Assembly: GCA_000708835.1 (NCBI GenBank)
Contig: DF237135.1
Coordinates: forward strand, 62,001 to 126,000
DNA from: Klebsormidium nitens
Lineage: Eukaryota > Plantae > Klebsormidiophyceae
Length of the DNA stretch: 64,000 nt
Reading direction: 5' to 3'
Shown: in pieces, positions 45,301 to 56,538 of the stretch
Numbering within the stretch: the stretch's first letter is position 1
Layout: each line of letters begins with the position of its first letter
The notes under the pieces: generated by a model
Databases searched by the model: none
Told to the model about the DNA's origin: nothing
The model's input: the letters and a program-made list of their open reading frames with translations, nothing else
Program-made: the position numbers and the translations under genes

Positions 45301-47203
45301 TGTGTGTGTGCAGGAGCAATCCTGAGGTGTATGACCGGGCGACCCGGGCCGTGTCAAAGACCGCAGGGCACACTGTGGAGAGTCTCTTGGTCTTTGGCGG
45401 ATGTATTAAAGGTACAGTCCGGCAAGGTAACATGTTACTTGACAATCTGATTGCACATGTTTTGCACTGCTTACTGTGAAACTATATGCCATGTGCTCTG
45501 CTTGCTTCGTGGGCCTCAAACATGGTATGCAGGAGTTTGCTGATCGCCTTATCTGCTGCTCTCTTAGGAAAAGCTGGCTTGAGCTGAACTCATCATCTGT
45601 AACATCTGTTGGTTGCACTGGTGAAAACATAATGTGTAGAGGCCTAGAGGCCTAGTGTTATTCATTGGATGAAGATGTTTTGCTCCATCCCTAGCATTGC
45701 TACAGTTTTGACTTTTAGTAGGATTTAGCTCGTGTTCAAAGCGCTCAACGGGGACTGAATATGTCCTGTACATCCAGGATTGATTGATTATCTGCCAGTT
45801 TGTTGTTCCTTCTTTCTGCTGCAACGAGTTCTGAGAGCAAGTGCCCCTCTTAGAACATTTCAAATACGTGTTGCTTACTGGCAGAGTGTTAACCAACGAA
45901 CTCCGCTTGTATAAAACAGAAGAAAAAATGCTGTCTGCGTTTCCAGTTGATTCGACTGCACAGACCAGGCCTTTTGACATGTGTGCGCTAGCTGCAGCAC
46001 CTGGGTTGATTCCTAAGGCAAACAGAGATCAAGGGGTCCCTTTCTAATTTCTGACATATCATTGTAGAGATTGAAGACTCGGCCCCTGTACATCTCTGCA
46101 TTTATAGGCACCCGTTGCAGGTCTGCCTGGTTAAACCCTGATGCCAGCATTTGGTCCCAGTGTATCACGCAGGTGTCCTTGGCGTCATCCCTGTGGAGCA
46201 AGTCGAGATGCTGCTCATCAGCACCTGGCAGGGATCCCCCGAGCACCACCACCCCGCGCTTGAGGCGCCTGCCGCAGCAGGCGCCGCTTACGAGCAGGCC
46301 ACTTTAGCCTTGGGGGGAAGCACTTCAGGCTTTGGTCGAAGGGAGCCCGAGATCTCCGTCCCTGAAACGAAACAGGCCCTGTCCCTGCTCGAGTCAAAGG
46401 ACGTTTCGGCGGCGGCGGCGTTTGGCCCGAGCCATGGCGGGCTGGTGATCCCCATGTCGGGGGAGAGGGAGGAGCCAGCAAAGGCGCCCGTATCGTATGC
46501 GCCGGTTGCAGACCTCGCTAGGACCTGGGGCGCGACGAAGCTGCAGATGAATCTGCAAGTAGACAGAGTTCCGACGCAGAAGCGGGGGAGGGCATCGCGG
46601 CCGGTGCTGGACCTGAATCTGCCCCCCCCGTTGAGCGAGGAGGAGGAGCAGGACTTCCTGCGGGACGCTGCGCGGGTCGAGCAGCAGGCGCTGTTCTCTG
46701 CCAGCCAGGCAGGGGGGATGCAAGTGGAGGTAGGAGAGGACAAGGAGCAAGGGGGCCTGCCGGTGCCGCAGCCCAATCCGAAGCCGCGGTCGGCAGGGGG
46801 GCTGGCCAGGGAACCCCACCCTCAAGGGGTGCCGTTGGGAATAGCGCCCTCGCGGTCCACCCCTGGACTGGACTTGACGATGGAGGAACATGGGTTGCGC
46901 AGCCACGCCTGGGCGACAGAAGCGGTGCTCGTCCGGCATGGTCATGAGGCGGAGAAGCCTTCGCAGCCCCCCTCCGACTTCCCCCGGTTCGTCGAGCTGA
47001 GGTACTCTATGGAGCAAAAGGTTAGCAGCGACGGTGTGGGGCCGTCAAGAGAATCGGAGCCTACCCCGGGAATGCTCAAACGGGGATTGGTAGACCCACC
47101 TAAGGAAATGGAGGGCAGTGGGCACTCGTCAGGTAATGGCTTAACCTTCAGAGGAGAATATGGTCCAGGAAACATGCTAGCTAAGCGGACTAGATTAGGG
47201 TAG
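42330..47203 (+). CDS. F-box/Kelch-repeat protein with long low-complexity C-terminal tail, 7 exons
   Basis: Exons 42330-42514, 42775-43285, 43489-43920, 44188-44283, 44648-44751, 45314-45411, 46173-47203, in phase. F-box FLSLPEALQLLIVEKVDPYSLGRLSCSCQQL. Kelch motifs RTGHTATSVG..QVIVGG, RFRHSA..LLLFGGYD, PSPRFHHTA..LIVFGG, PPPRHRSA..VMIVGG. Confidence 0.88.
44429..44503 (+). repeat. Intronic tandem repeat, 25-bp unit x3
   Basis: cagaggt(a/t)tggcagcaagcaggggt at 44429, 44454 and 44479. Confidence 0.9.
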
Positions 47204-48178
47204 ACAGCGGGCTGGAGAGACTCGGTGTGTTGCAAGGGGCTGGTTTCTCGTAGGCGAGTCCTTAGGGATTCAGGTGACCATATGCACCGAGTTATTAGGA
47301 CATACTAAAGCGCGCATAGGTGAGGTCCTGTATCGATTATGACTGACACTGGATCCGCTTACGTCTAGTTAAACTGCTTTCCTATGAACCAACTTGCATT
47401 TGGATCGAGTTTGTGGGAGTGTGCTGCTTACTGCAGACTCGATTGTTCTCATCTTTGTACTTTGACGTACTCCCGTGCGCTTTGTGGTCACATACACAAT
47501 ACCCTGGTGCAAGCGAACTTAGTTGCAACTGGGGGCCACTGAGAAACCGGATTCTTTGAAATCAAGCCTTTCACACCAATAAGGTTGCAAAAAGTCCATA
47601 TGGAAGCATGCAGCTTTGCAAGATCGAAGCAGCAGCGCAGGATCGACAGAAACTTAAATATGGAGGCGGCGGGGCCCGTATACAGTGTTCACAGCCTAGC
47701 TCGTCGATGCATAATGTATGGCATGTGTGTCGGATTGTTTAAAGCCATGTATCAGTTGTTGACAGAATTAACCTTGTTCGCATGCATGTGTATGCATTGT
47801 CAAATTGCGTTGGATTCACATCACCGAGCTGCACATAATGCATGCACAGGCCGGGAACCCACAACTAGCCTTTTCATGTGAGTGAGCTGTGCTTTGAATA
47901 AGTTTGGTGGTGCTATACTGGACCAGCGACTGCTACGATGCACGTACTCATGTGATGACCAGCCATTCGGCCTTTGATCAGCAGAGCTACTAAAGGCCAC
48001 CTTGGCGAATGAGTCTGGCTAGGCCTGATTAGCCGCACTTACCATGCGAGGATCAGAATCTAGAAAGGGTTGCATGGGATGAAAACTGCAGGATGCGGAA
48101 TAGTGGACCAACAGATACATCACGTCTTGCAATTGCAGAAGACCAGAGAATATGCCCAGAGTGTTATGCAGAAATGAG

Positions 48179-51100
48179 TTATAGGACATACACTTCTTCT
48201 GTTTGGTAAACGCTTGTAACCGAACCGAAGAAATCCGTCACTAGCACAGAATTAAACGGTCGCCGGAGAAGGTCGGTTCGCTTGTCCACATGCGATCCCA
48301 GACTCTCAAACCTGCAAGGTGGGAAGTGTGGAATCGTGAGCAAGAGGAGACAACAACACCGGAGGTCCACCATAAGAAAGGGCTGGTTGCCCAATAGAGC
48401 TAACCCATGGAGAATACCCGACATGGCCGACCGTTGGCACGTCCATGATAGACAAGCCGATTGCTGCTGATGATGACCAGCGTGTGCGTCCTCTTCAAGG
48501 GTCGACCTAGTGCAGTCCGCAAAAAGGGCTGAAGGCCTTTGGACTGCAAAAGAATTCTGTGGCCTTGAAACATTGGAAAGGAAGCGAGCACGAGAAAAAC
48601 GATTCGACGCGCGCGCACCGGAACACGTCGAAAAGCGCGCGCAGGGTTGCGGTGCTGGCGGTGGCGAGGCCCTCCATGAAGGCGAGCAGCTCGTACGTGA
48701 AGCGGTCGATGACGGCCACGCCGACGCGTGTGTCGATGTGGTGTGAATACGAGCTCTCGTCCTTCAGACTGCTGCCGATCGCCACGACGTTGGGGCTGTA
48801 CAGCTGTGCAAGAAATGGAGAAGCACGTCAATCAGGGATTCTGCAAGAATACTCGTAATGTCATGCGTTGCTGACGTGAGAGGCGAACGGGGATGTCACG
48901 AATTGGGGACTCGCAGGCGCTGACCCCTTCGATTACGGGCTTCAAACGAAAGGGAAGGGGTCACCCGCCAGAAACTTAAATCTCGAGCCCAATCTTTTTA
49001 CGGACATTCTCAAGTCGACATGAGCCCAATCCGTGCTTTCAGGCTGTACTAGGCTTAAGCAGCGCTGGCCCAGATAAGCGTGTTTTGACCTGTTGGGTGC
49101 CATTCCAAGAGGCGACTGATGCAATGTATCTATTGCTCGATGTGCCGTAACAAATCCTGGCCGCAAATGTAGCTCTGACAACTCTCGACGAAGTGGGAGC
49201 TTTCTGCCCAACAGGGCTGCTGAGTCGCGCGAAGACGGCTCCCACCCACCTGGTTGAAGAGCGTGAACGCCTGACATGTGTCCGCGATGATCAGCATCTC
49301 ATTGTACCTGCACCGTTGTTCATGTGTCAGTCTCTTGATGGTTACTCTCCGTAGATGGCATCTCAGGCAGCCTTAAGAACATTCAAAAAGAGAAAAGCAC
49401 CCAGCAGATCAATTGAAGAAGTCAACGAAGGCAAGCTTTTCGAGGGCGGGCTCGGGGCGGATGCGGCGTGAAGGATGCTTGCCTTTGCTTCTGGTGCATT
49501 TGCTGCAGCGCATCTGCGAGGTCGTGCGCCTGCACATCAGCCCCAACTTCAGGTTCAATTGACCCAGGTTAAGATACAATAGGAGAACGGGGAGGACGCA
49601 CTAAACTTGAACCATGGATCCAATTTAAACTCGCTCCGCACCCAAACCCACCGTAAACCCCCATACTAAACGCAGCCGTCCACCGGGCCCTGCGCTGCGT
49701 GTGATCTCAATCTGGCAGTATTTTGGCAGACGTGCAAGCGATGCTCGCACTATTTCTCCCACATGTGAGTAAGACCAGAAGTGTATGCAGAACTGGCTTT
49801 TCTACCTTCAACGTGTGCTTCACGCATGCTCGCCTGTTGAAGATTTGGTTGCAATGTTGGCTGTTACCCCATCAACCCGAAGTCGACGCTACTCGCCTGC
49901 ACTTGTTCCTTATCCTGGAACTTGAGGAACTCGTCGCCGCCGTGCCCCGTGAGATACACCAGCACGTTGCTGCCGCCGTCCGTGAGGAGCCGCTTCGAGC
50001 GCGGGACGGCGGGGTCGTGCCGCCCCGTCAGCACGCGCAGGAAGTTCTCGACGGTCACCTCGTACCCACGGTAGTCGACCTGCGGGGAACAAGGGTGGAC
50101 GTTGTTTGCGGCAGAGCAGCAGAGACGGCCATGAGGATTCCGTCTGGTTTGGTCGATGGGTTAGCGGAACCCGGGGCGTAGATGTATAGAGGGGCCTTAC
50201 GGAAGGTCCTGATGCTAGAAGAACAAGTTGATTGGAGAGAAGAGGCTCAAAGATGTAAGGAAAGGGTCCGACGCTCAGCATGGTGTATAGTAGACCCTGA
50301 GAGAAGCACAGCGGACAGCCAAGCACTTGAAAGAAGGTCAAAGAGGAGATAAGACACGAGATTGAAGAAACAGCTTGACGAACATCACAGCAGGCTCCAA
50401 GAAGCGGAGGGGGGCAAAGGCAGATGCTCTCTTCAGTAAAGCACCTAGGATGTTGTTCTCTGTGTGATGTGGCATGTCCTATGAGTTGCCCAAGCCACAA
50501 TCATCGACTTAAAAAGTCCGAGGATTCAAGATGGGTGAGAGTAGAAGGCCGCCAGAAGGGAGGCCATAAGAGCAGTTAGAAACTTCTAAACATTGGGGTC
50601 GTTTCTGGAGCGGCTTGAGACCTGGCTGCCTGAATAAGATACATGAAAGGGAAAACGGATTAAGCAGATTCTGCCACCTTTGAAGCAAGTGCGAGCGAGC
50701 CCGACCTCAATGTGTTCCCCGTACAGGTTCAGGCGGTGGTCCTCATTGTTGAACACCTCGGCCGCATACGTATTGCGCGGGTTGCACGCCATATCGTCCG
50801 CGAGCATAAGGATGATGTGGTCGTCGGGGATGCCCAGCCGCTTCACCGTGCGATACAACGACAGCGTGTTGGCAATGTGCCGGTAGTTGAACCTGGATGA
50901 AGAGAGTGGCTCTCGTTGGTGTCTGAGATAGAAATGCACCGGTAAAATGGCGTGATCTTGCAGCCTAGCAATCAAGTAGAGTAGCCTGGTGTGTTGAAAG
51001 CTGGTGGAAGTAATCTGTTGCCTCAACTGTGTTCAGGTTGAGGGCTAAGTTTCTGATGATCGCTCGATCTGTTACTTTGCCTCGGTGGTACTTTTGTGTA

Positions 51101-51961
51101 GTGGTATTTCAAAGCGAGGTCCCACAATTTGATAGTTCTTCGACCTGCTCGCCAACCCAGCTCGTATACAGACTTCTCACTAGTAATCTCACTTTTGATG
51201 GAAAGTGACATTCCCATCAGAGTGCCGCCAGACCCACCCTGAAGCATTACTAGTGCGCAAGTGTGCTGGACATGATGACTCTGACATCAGCGAATATTGG
51301 GGGAATACACATGAATGCAGCAATTGCCGGGGGGGAGTGACACTTTCGGCGGCAGACACCAGAAACCCCAGCAAGCAAGCTGCAACCAACACCCAACATA
51401 AGAGCAAAAGGCCCTTGCGAGAAAGGGGCCAAGACTTTCTGATCGTTCAATTCTGAAGCATCATGCCAGAAGATAGCCCCAAGTGTTGGGCAGAGAACCT
51501 TTGCAAGCTGCTCAGGCTTCAGGCACCAGTCAAATCTTTGAGCTTCTCGTCAGGAGAAATTTCAGCATTGGCCACATTGAGGTTTTCAGCAACAAAATGA
51601 TTGTGGTAGACTTGAACCAGCCGAGCTGTCGTCCTCCGGATCATACTGCCAAGCAGTCGTTCTCCTTTGTCCACAAAAGTATCCAGACTGAACTGTGCAG
51701 AATACTTGTCATCACAAAAATCATTTCTTTTCAGACAATGCACCACCATCATAGGAGCAGCCACGCTAGCACACGCTCCCAGGCTCACCAGTACCGTGAC
51801 GTGTCCACGAGCACTGCCCAATTGTTGGTGTGGTTGCTGACCCCCAGCCATTCCGCCGCCTCAGACGGCCGTACCTGAGCTGCATCAATGCATGTCAAAA
51901 GGAGCAAAAACAAACCCAAAGAAGCGTAGGTTAGCTGATACGAGAAGCAGCTAATGTTCAT
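48179..51961 (-). CDS. GPI8: GPI-anchor transamidase catalytic subunit (peptidase C13, GPI8/PIG-K); 3' end uncertain
   Basis: Exons 51961-51789, 50892-50706, 50079-49897, 49529-49483, 49307-49250, 48803-48619, 48311-48179. Signal peptide, then [61 protein letters not shown]. Two introns need GC donors. The usual C-terminal TM exon was not found, so the stop at 48179 may be intronic. Confidence 0.93.
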
Positions 51962-52026
51962 GGGTTTCCTTACAATCGGGCCTCTTTGGTTTGCGAGAGG
52001 CCGTTCTGCACCTGCATCCTCAGGAA

Positions 52027-52190
52027 TTAGGGTTTGGAAGCCATTGAGCTGACTTCGCGTGCGGAATCAGGAGGCCCCTGCCAATGACATTGACATTGAT
52101 GATTGAGGCATTGAGAGGCCCTAGCTGATCGAGTCTCTCTGATTGCCGTCCAGCAAAGCGCCAGGCTAGCCTGGTAACGTCACCGCCGGT
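52027..52190. promoter_or_regulatory. Divergent GPI8/NdhS promoter region with telo-box and CCTGGTAACGTCACC
   Basis: AAACCCTAA on the minus strand at 52035-52027 and the 15-mer at 52170-52184. The ATGs at 51961 (-) and 52538 (+) are only about 580 bp apart. Confidence 0.5.
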
Positions 52191-52537
52191 GAGGCTTTAA
52201 AGTGCCCGGTTTCCGGCGACCTGGCAAAGGAACTTCAACCTAGAGAAAGGGCCGCGAAAGTCCAGCCGCCATGACGGCCCGGTCGTGAAGTTGCAAAAGT
52301 GCTTTGCTCGTTGGTCTTCTCGTCTTCCTTTTTGAATGGGAGAGAAAGTTGCCGTGCCTTTCCCTCCCATCACTGTTGATCAGACTTCACTGTCAGTGTC
52401 AAAAATATTAATAGAAGTTGAAGAGCGTTCAAACCTGTGTTGACGGGAGAAAGCAAGTGCGAGCTGACCTGTTAGTAGCGGCAATTTTTTTTGCGCAGGC
52501 ACTGTTGACATTAGCTGCTCAGCGCTGGTTGAATCAC

Positions 52538-55500
52538 ATGGCGCAAGCCATGTCTGCAGCATTATTGAAGCACTCGTCGCAATGTGCGGTGGGGGCCTTC
52601 AGTGGACAGTCTTCTCCTCCATCCAGCAGGTATGGAGTGGCTGCGGACCTGAGCAGAACGTCTTGCTGTTGTTATTCCAAGCACGTGACGATTTTCTGCT
52701 GCTGCGGCAGAGCGCATTGCCTAAATGCACCAGATCAGTCCCTGTTTTCCGCAACTTTGCGCGTCTGAGACCAGGCATTGGACTAAACCTATAGCTCGTG
52801 GATCTAGGAGAGCGTATCCAGTGCATTGGTGGCAAAGTGGATGCATTTGAGCAATTAGTTTAATTTGGAGAATAACCTACCTGTTCTTGCTCTCTACGGC
52901 AATGTTAAACTTACCCAACTGTTTGACACCTGCATACTCTCCTCAAAAATTGGTCAGCAAAGCCACCGGCGCTTCAACTTTCGGAGTGTCTCCCAGGCAG
53001 AGACTTGAACACTACTTCAGATGATTTGTGCAGAAGCTTTCAAGCAAGAACTTAGTCGAGGAAAGTGCTCTTATGGGCCCTATGCTTAGTGGGCTGGTTT
53101 CGAGTACTTTGCTCCGGAACCACATTGCGTGGGTCTTCGAGGAGAATCTGACACTTTGTTAGTGATGGACGATTTTACCATCGGAAAAGTCGCATTCTTG
53201 GGTCACAACGAGCACAGAACGGGAATAACATCTCTCACGTCAATGCACCACCTCAATTCTTTTACATTTATGACTAGCAGACTGATGTTGGACATTGTCC
53301 TTTGGTACAGCGCTTCGTCGTCCTTTAATGGCACCCCGTGCCTCATCCGGAAAGCTGGATCTAGGACGAGCGCACCTGTTCATCAGGGGACAGGACGCAG
53401 GCGGCAAGTTGCAAGAGCAGGAGGGTTTGACCTTTGGCAAGTGCTGGGGGGCCGGGGCCTGCAGACAGGCGAGGTATGGAAACACGCCTCGGGAGCTCGT
53501 GATCATTGGATAAAAATGCAGACTTGGAGAAGATTATTATTTGATTTTAGTACAGTCACTGAATGGCACGCAGACAGGCCTCTGTCTCGGCTCTCCTGTT
53601 GCTGTTTTCTTTTTACCGGAGGACGCGTTGGTATGCTTGTGGTAGGGAGCCAAAAGGTCTGAACTCTCGCCCCTTGTTGATTACATTTTTATGGCCTGGC
53701 GGTACGTCCATCTTGTTTTCTTTGTAGAGATGCACATTTGCACTTATTTACCTGAACTCTGCTCTTGAATGCATCGATTGTCTGATTTGGATTTAGCTGA
53801 ATTCTCCGCAAGCCTGAGTGCACTTAGGAAAACTTCCCCGCTTTGGATTATTTCCAGGTTGGCCTGAAAACAGAGAAGGGCCAGGCCCAGCTTTTCAAGG
53901 ACGGAGTGAAAGAGAAGCCAAAGGCGGCTCCCAAGGTAGGCAGTCATCATATATGGCTAACAGCTCTCTGTCACTGACAGGTTTCCGAGGTGGCAATTGT
54001 GCTCCTTGCTGTTGAAGTCCCAGGCATCAGGCCACATATCAGTAGTAGGAACAGAAGTCAAATGATTGTGTGCTTGACATTTTCTCTATTAAAATCTTGT
54101 GCTGTGTCCGCTGAGTGCTATGTGCTACATTAAGTAACATTTCGGTGGGCCCTGACACACAAGTCCACCTTATCAACCTGCGGTAGTATGGTCGATTATT
54201 CCACGCTGTACTCGAATCAAGTGTGGGTACTGCCGGCCATGCTTGCAGGAGAAAATGGACGATCTTGAAGACGAGGTCGATGGTTTCAACAAAGAGCTCG
54301 GTGGCTTGGTAGGAGGCTTCCCTGGCGGCGAGCAGGGATTGCGCACCTTCATTCAAAAATACCCCCCTCCGAAGAAAGTACGGGTGAGGAAGTTATGCTG
54401 GCAGGAAAAGCATTTGCGCCAAGCAGGGTGTTTGGCACCGACGGTTGATTAGCAGTTCGTTGCTTCCACTCTTGTTTCGGACACCTGGGTTTAAAATGAG
54501 TCTTGCCTGAATGCGCAGTAGCCTCTGGACAGTCGACCTCGTCAGCTCGTATGAGGTGGCACCACCTGACTTAGCTCCATCTGTCTTCGCTCAGGATTAT
54601 GGGGAGGCTTTCATTGGCAAGCCTGGCCTAGCAAAAGGTACGTTGCCTAACGCTCTGCTTGGTCATGCCGAGGTTAAGCATCGTCGCTCCTCCCGATTCA
54701 GACCCTTCATGCTGCTAACTGACGCTGCTCGACTGAAAGAAGCTCTGATGCACGGTTAAAGTTTTCTTGCACAAGGTTCTTGCATCCGCTATTGATGTAT
54801 GGACACGTCCCCCATGCAGCCCGGTCGTCACGACCACCACTTCTGATGCCAGGGATGACCGTCATCTGCAAGAACCCGGATAGCGTGTACCACATGGTCA
54901 GTCCTTTCTCTCAGCGACTTTTACGGAAAGGACAGCTGGTAGCCTTCAGACTTGATCGTTTCTGTCTCCATCGAAATCAATTCCTCATCGTGGCATCTTC
55001 AATTGTGTCTGAGCATCTTTAACCAGCGAAGCCGGTTGTCACGCCTGACGCTGCAGGCAGATGTGTGTTGATCTGTTGCGTTCGAAAGTGTGGCGTCGGA
55101 GCGTCCATGAAAGTGACCAAAAACGACCTTCTTGCAGTACTCCGGCATAGTGCAACGGGTTACGGATGGGCGTGTCGGGGTCATCTTTGAAGGGGGCAAC
55201 TGGGACAAGCTGGTGAGTCCTTACGTTTGCAAAGACCAGCGTGGAAACCTTGGGGTCCTTGAAAGACTGCTGCTGATCTTTTTCTCGTCAGATGCCTCAG
55301 TGGACAACCGCAGAGCTACCGATCGTCCTTGCTGTGGACATACGACGCTGCGTTGAAGATCTGGCAGCATAGACTGCCGGTGGTCTAAAGGTTCAGCCAC
55401 TCTAAACCCGAGTGGCGAAACTCGTTGAACGCAGTGTTGGCTGTACGACCATTCAGTGCAACTGTTGAACTCGTAGGGCCCCTCATGAGCAGCTTTGTAC

Positions 55501-55755
55501 GAGTTGCGTGTGCCATCGGTGCTCATCGTTTTCTCTTTTGACATCTCCGAACACTCCACCTTGCAGGTAACTTTTGAGTTGCGGGATTTGGAAAGGACAA
55601 CCAGTGGCCCTCCAGGAACGAATCCGAAGTCGAAGATTGTGGAAAAGAAAGAACCACCTGCACCAAAGGTGGCGGCTGTAAAGGAAGAGACACAAAAGGA
55701 GGCTACCACTTCTTCAGAGAAGGAGCCTGCGGCTGCTGCAGCTAGTAAGGAATGA
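52538..55755 (+). CDS. NdhS: Chloroplast NDH complex subunit S (CRR31), 8 exons
   Basis: Exons 52538-52629, 53311-53473, 53858-53935, 54249-54377, 54595-54637, 54820-54896, 55138-55212, 55567-55755. Motifs [82 protein letters not shown].DLER...GPPG.NPKS. Confidence 0.93.
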
Positions 55756-56538
55756 CATCAGTACTTTGTTTGTGACTCGCGGGCATTCAGGTGACTCTGT
55801 ATAAGGCAAACTGCTCACGCTTTCACTTGACAGGTTCATTCGTGACTGTCGTATGTCCTAGTCGTCACTCTTCATGTGTGTACACTTTATTCGTATCCTG
55901 AGGATAGGCCTTTTCAGGCAATCTAGATAGAGCGCCCCTGGTTCCTCTGCCTCCTTATGTGTGTGATTGAAGTTGAGAGGTCCATTGATAAGATCGCTTA
56001 TGGTTCATCACAACTGTTTCTTTTGAGCTATTCAACGCATCATAAGGTTCTACCATATGCAGATCGAGCCAATTGCCAAAAATATTATCGGCACATGTGA
56101 TCTTGGGACATCTAGGGGCGAACTATGACAAGAATAGGTACTCAGCTTTTGATCATGACTCATCATCAGGCTCAACCTTCACATTGGCGAATATATATGC
56201 ATGTATGTTGCCTCCCACCCGAGGCCGTGAACCAACCAATGCACCTGGGGTTTGCAAGTTGCTGCCGAGTTCGCCAGGCTGCAATGGCAAGCAGATCCGA
56301 CATGATCGTTCGTAGGCAGGAGAATGGATGCATGCAAGCGTTATATAATATGATGAAACTCGGGTTACCTAAGTTAGCTAGTATGCCCTGAAAGGGCATG
56401 CGCCAATAGCCCTGCTTTTTGGGTTACCTACATAACCGAGAAGCTTACCCATGTGAGGAAACCTAAAGTGTGAGGAGATCTGAGGAGGCGTCTCCATCTT
56501 TCTGTGGATTGGGCAATGTGCACGTACACTATTCAAAC

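Noticed and set aside
51189-51407. Signal-peptide-like ORF ([15 protein letters not shown]...) as the GPI8 first exon
   Set aside because: The true first exon 51961-51789 carries the signal peptide and the conserved HTNNWAVLV motif in phase. This ORF lies in intron 1.
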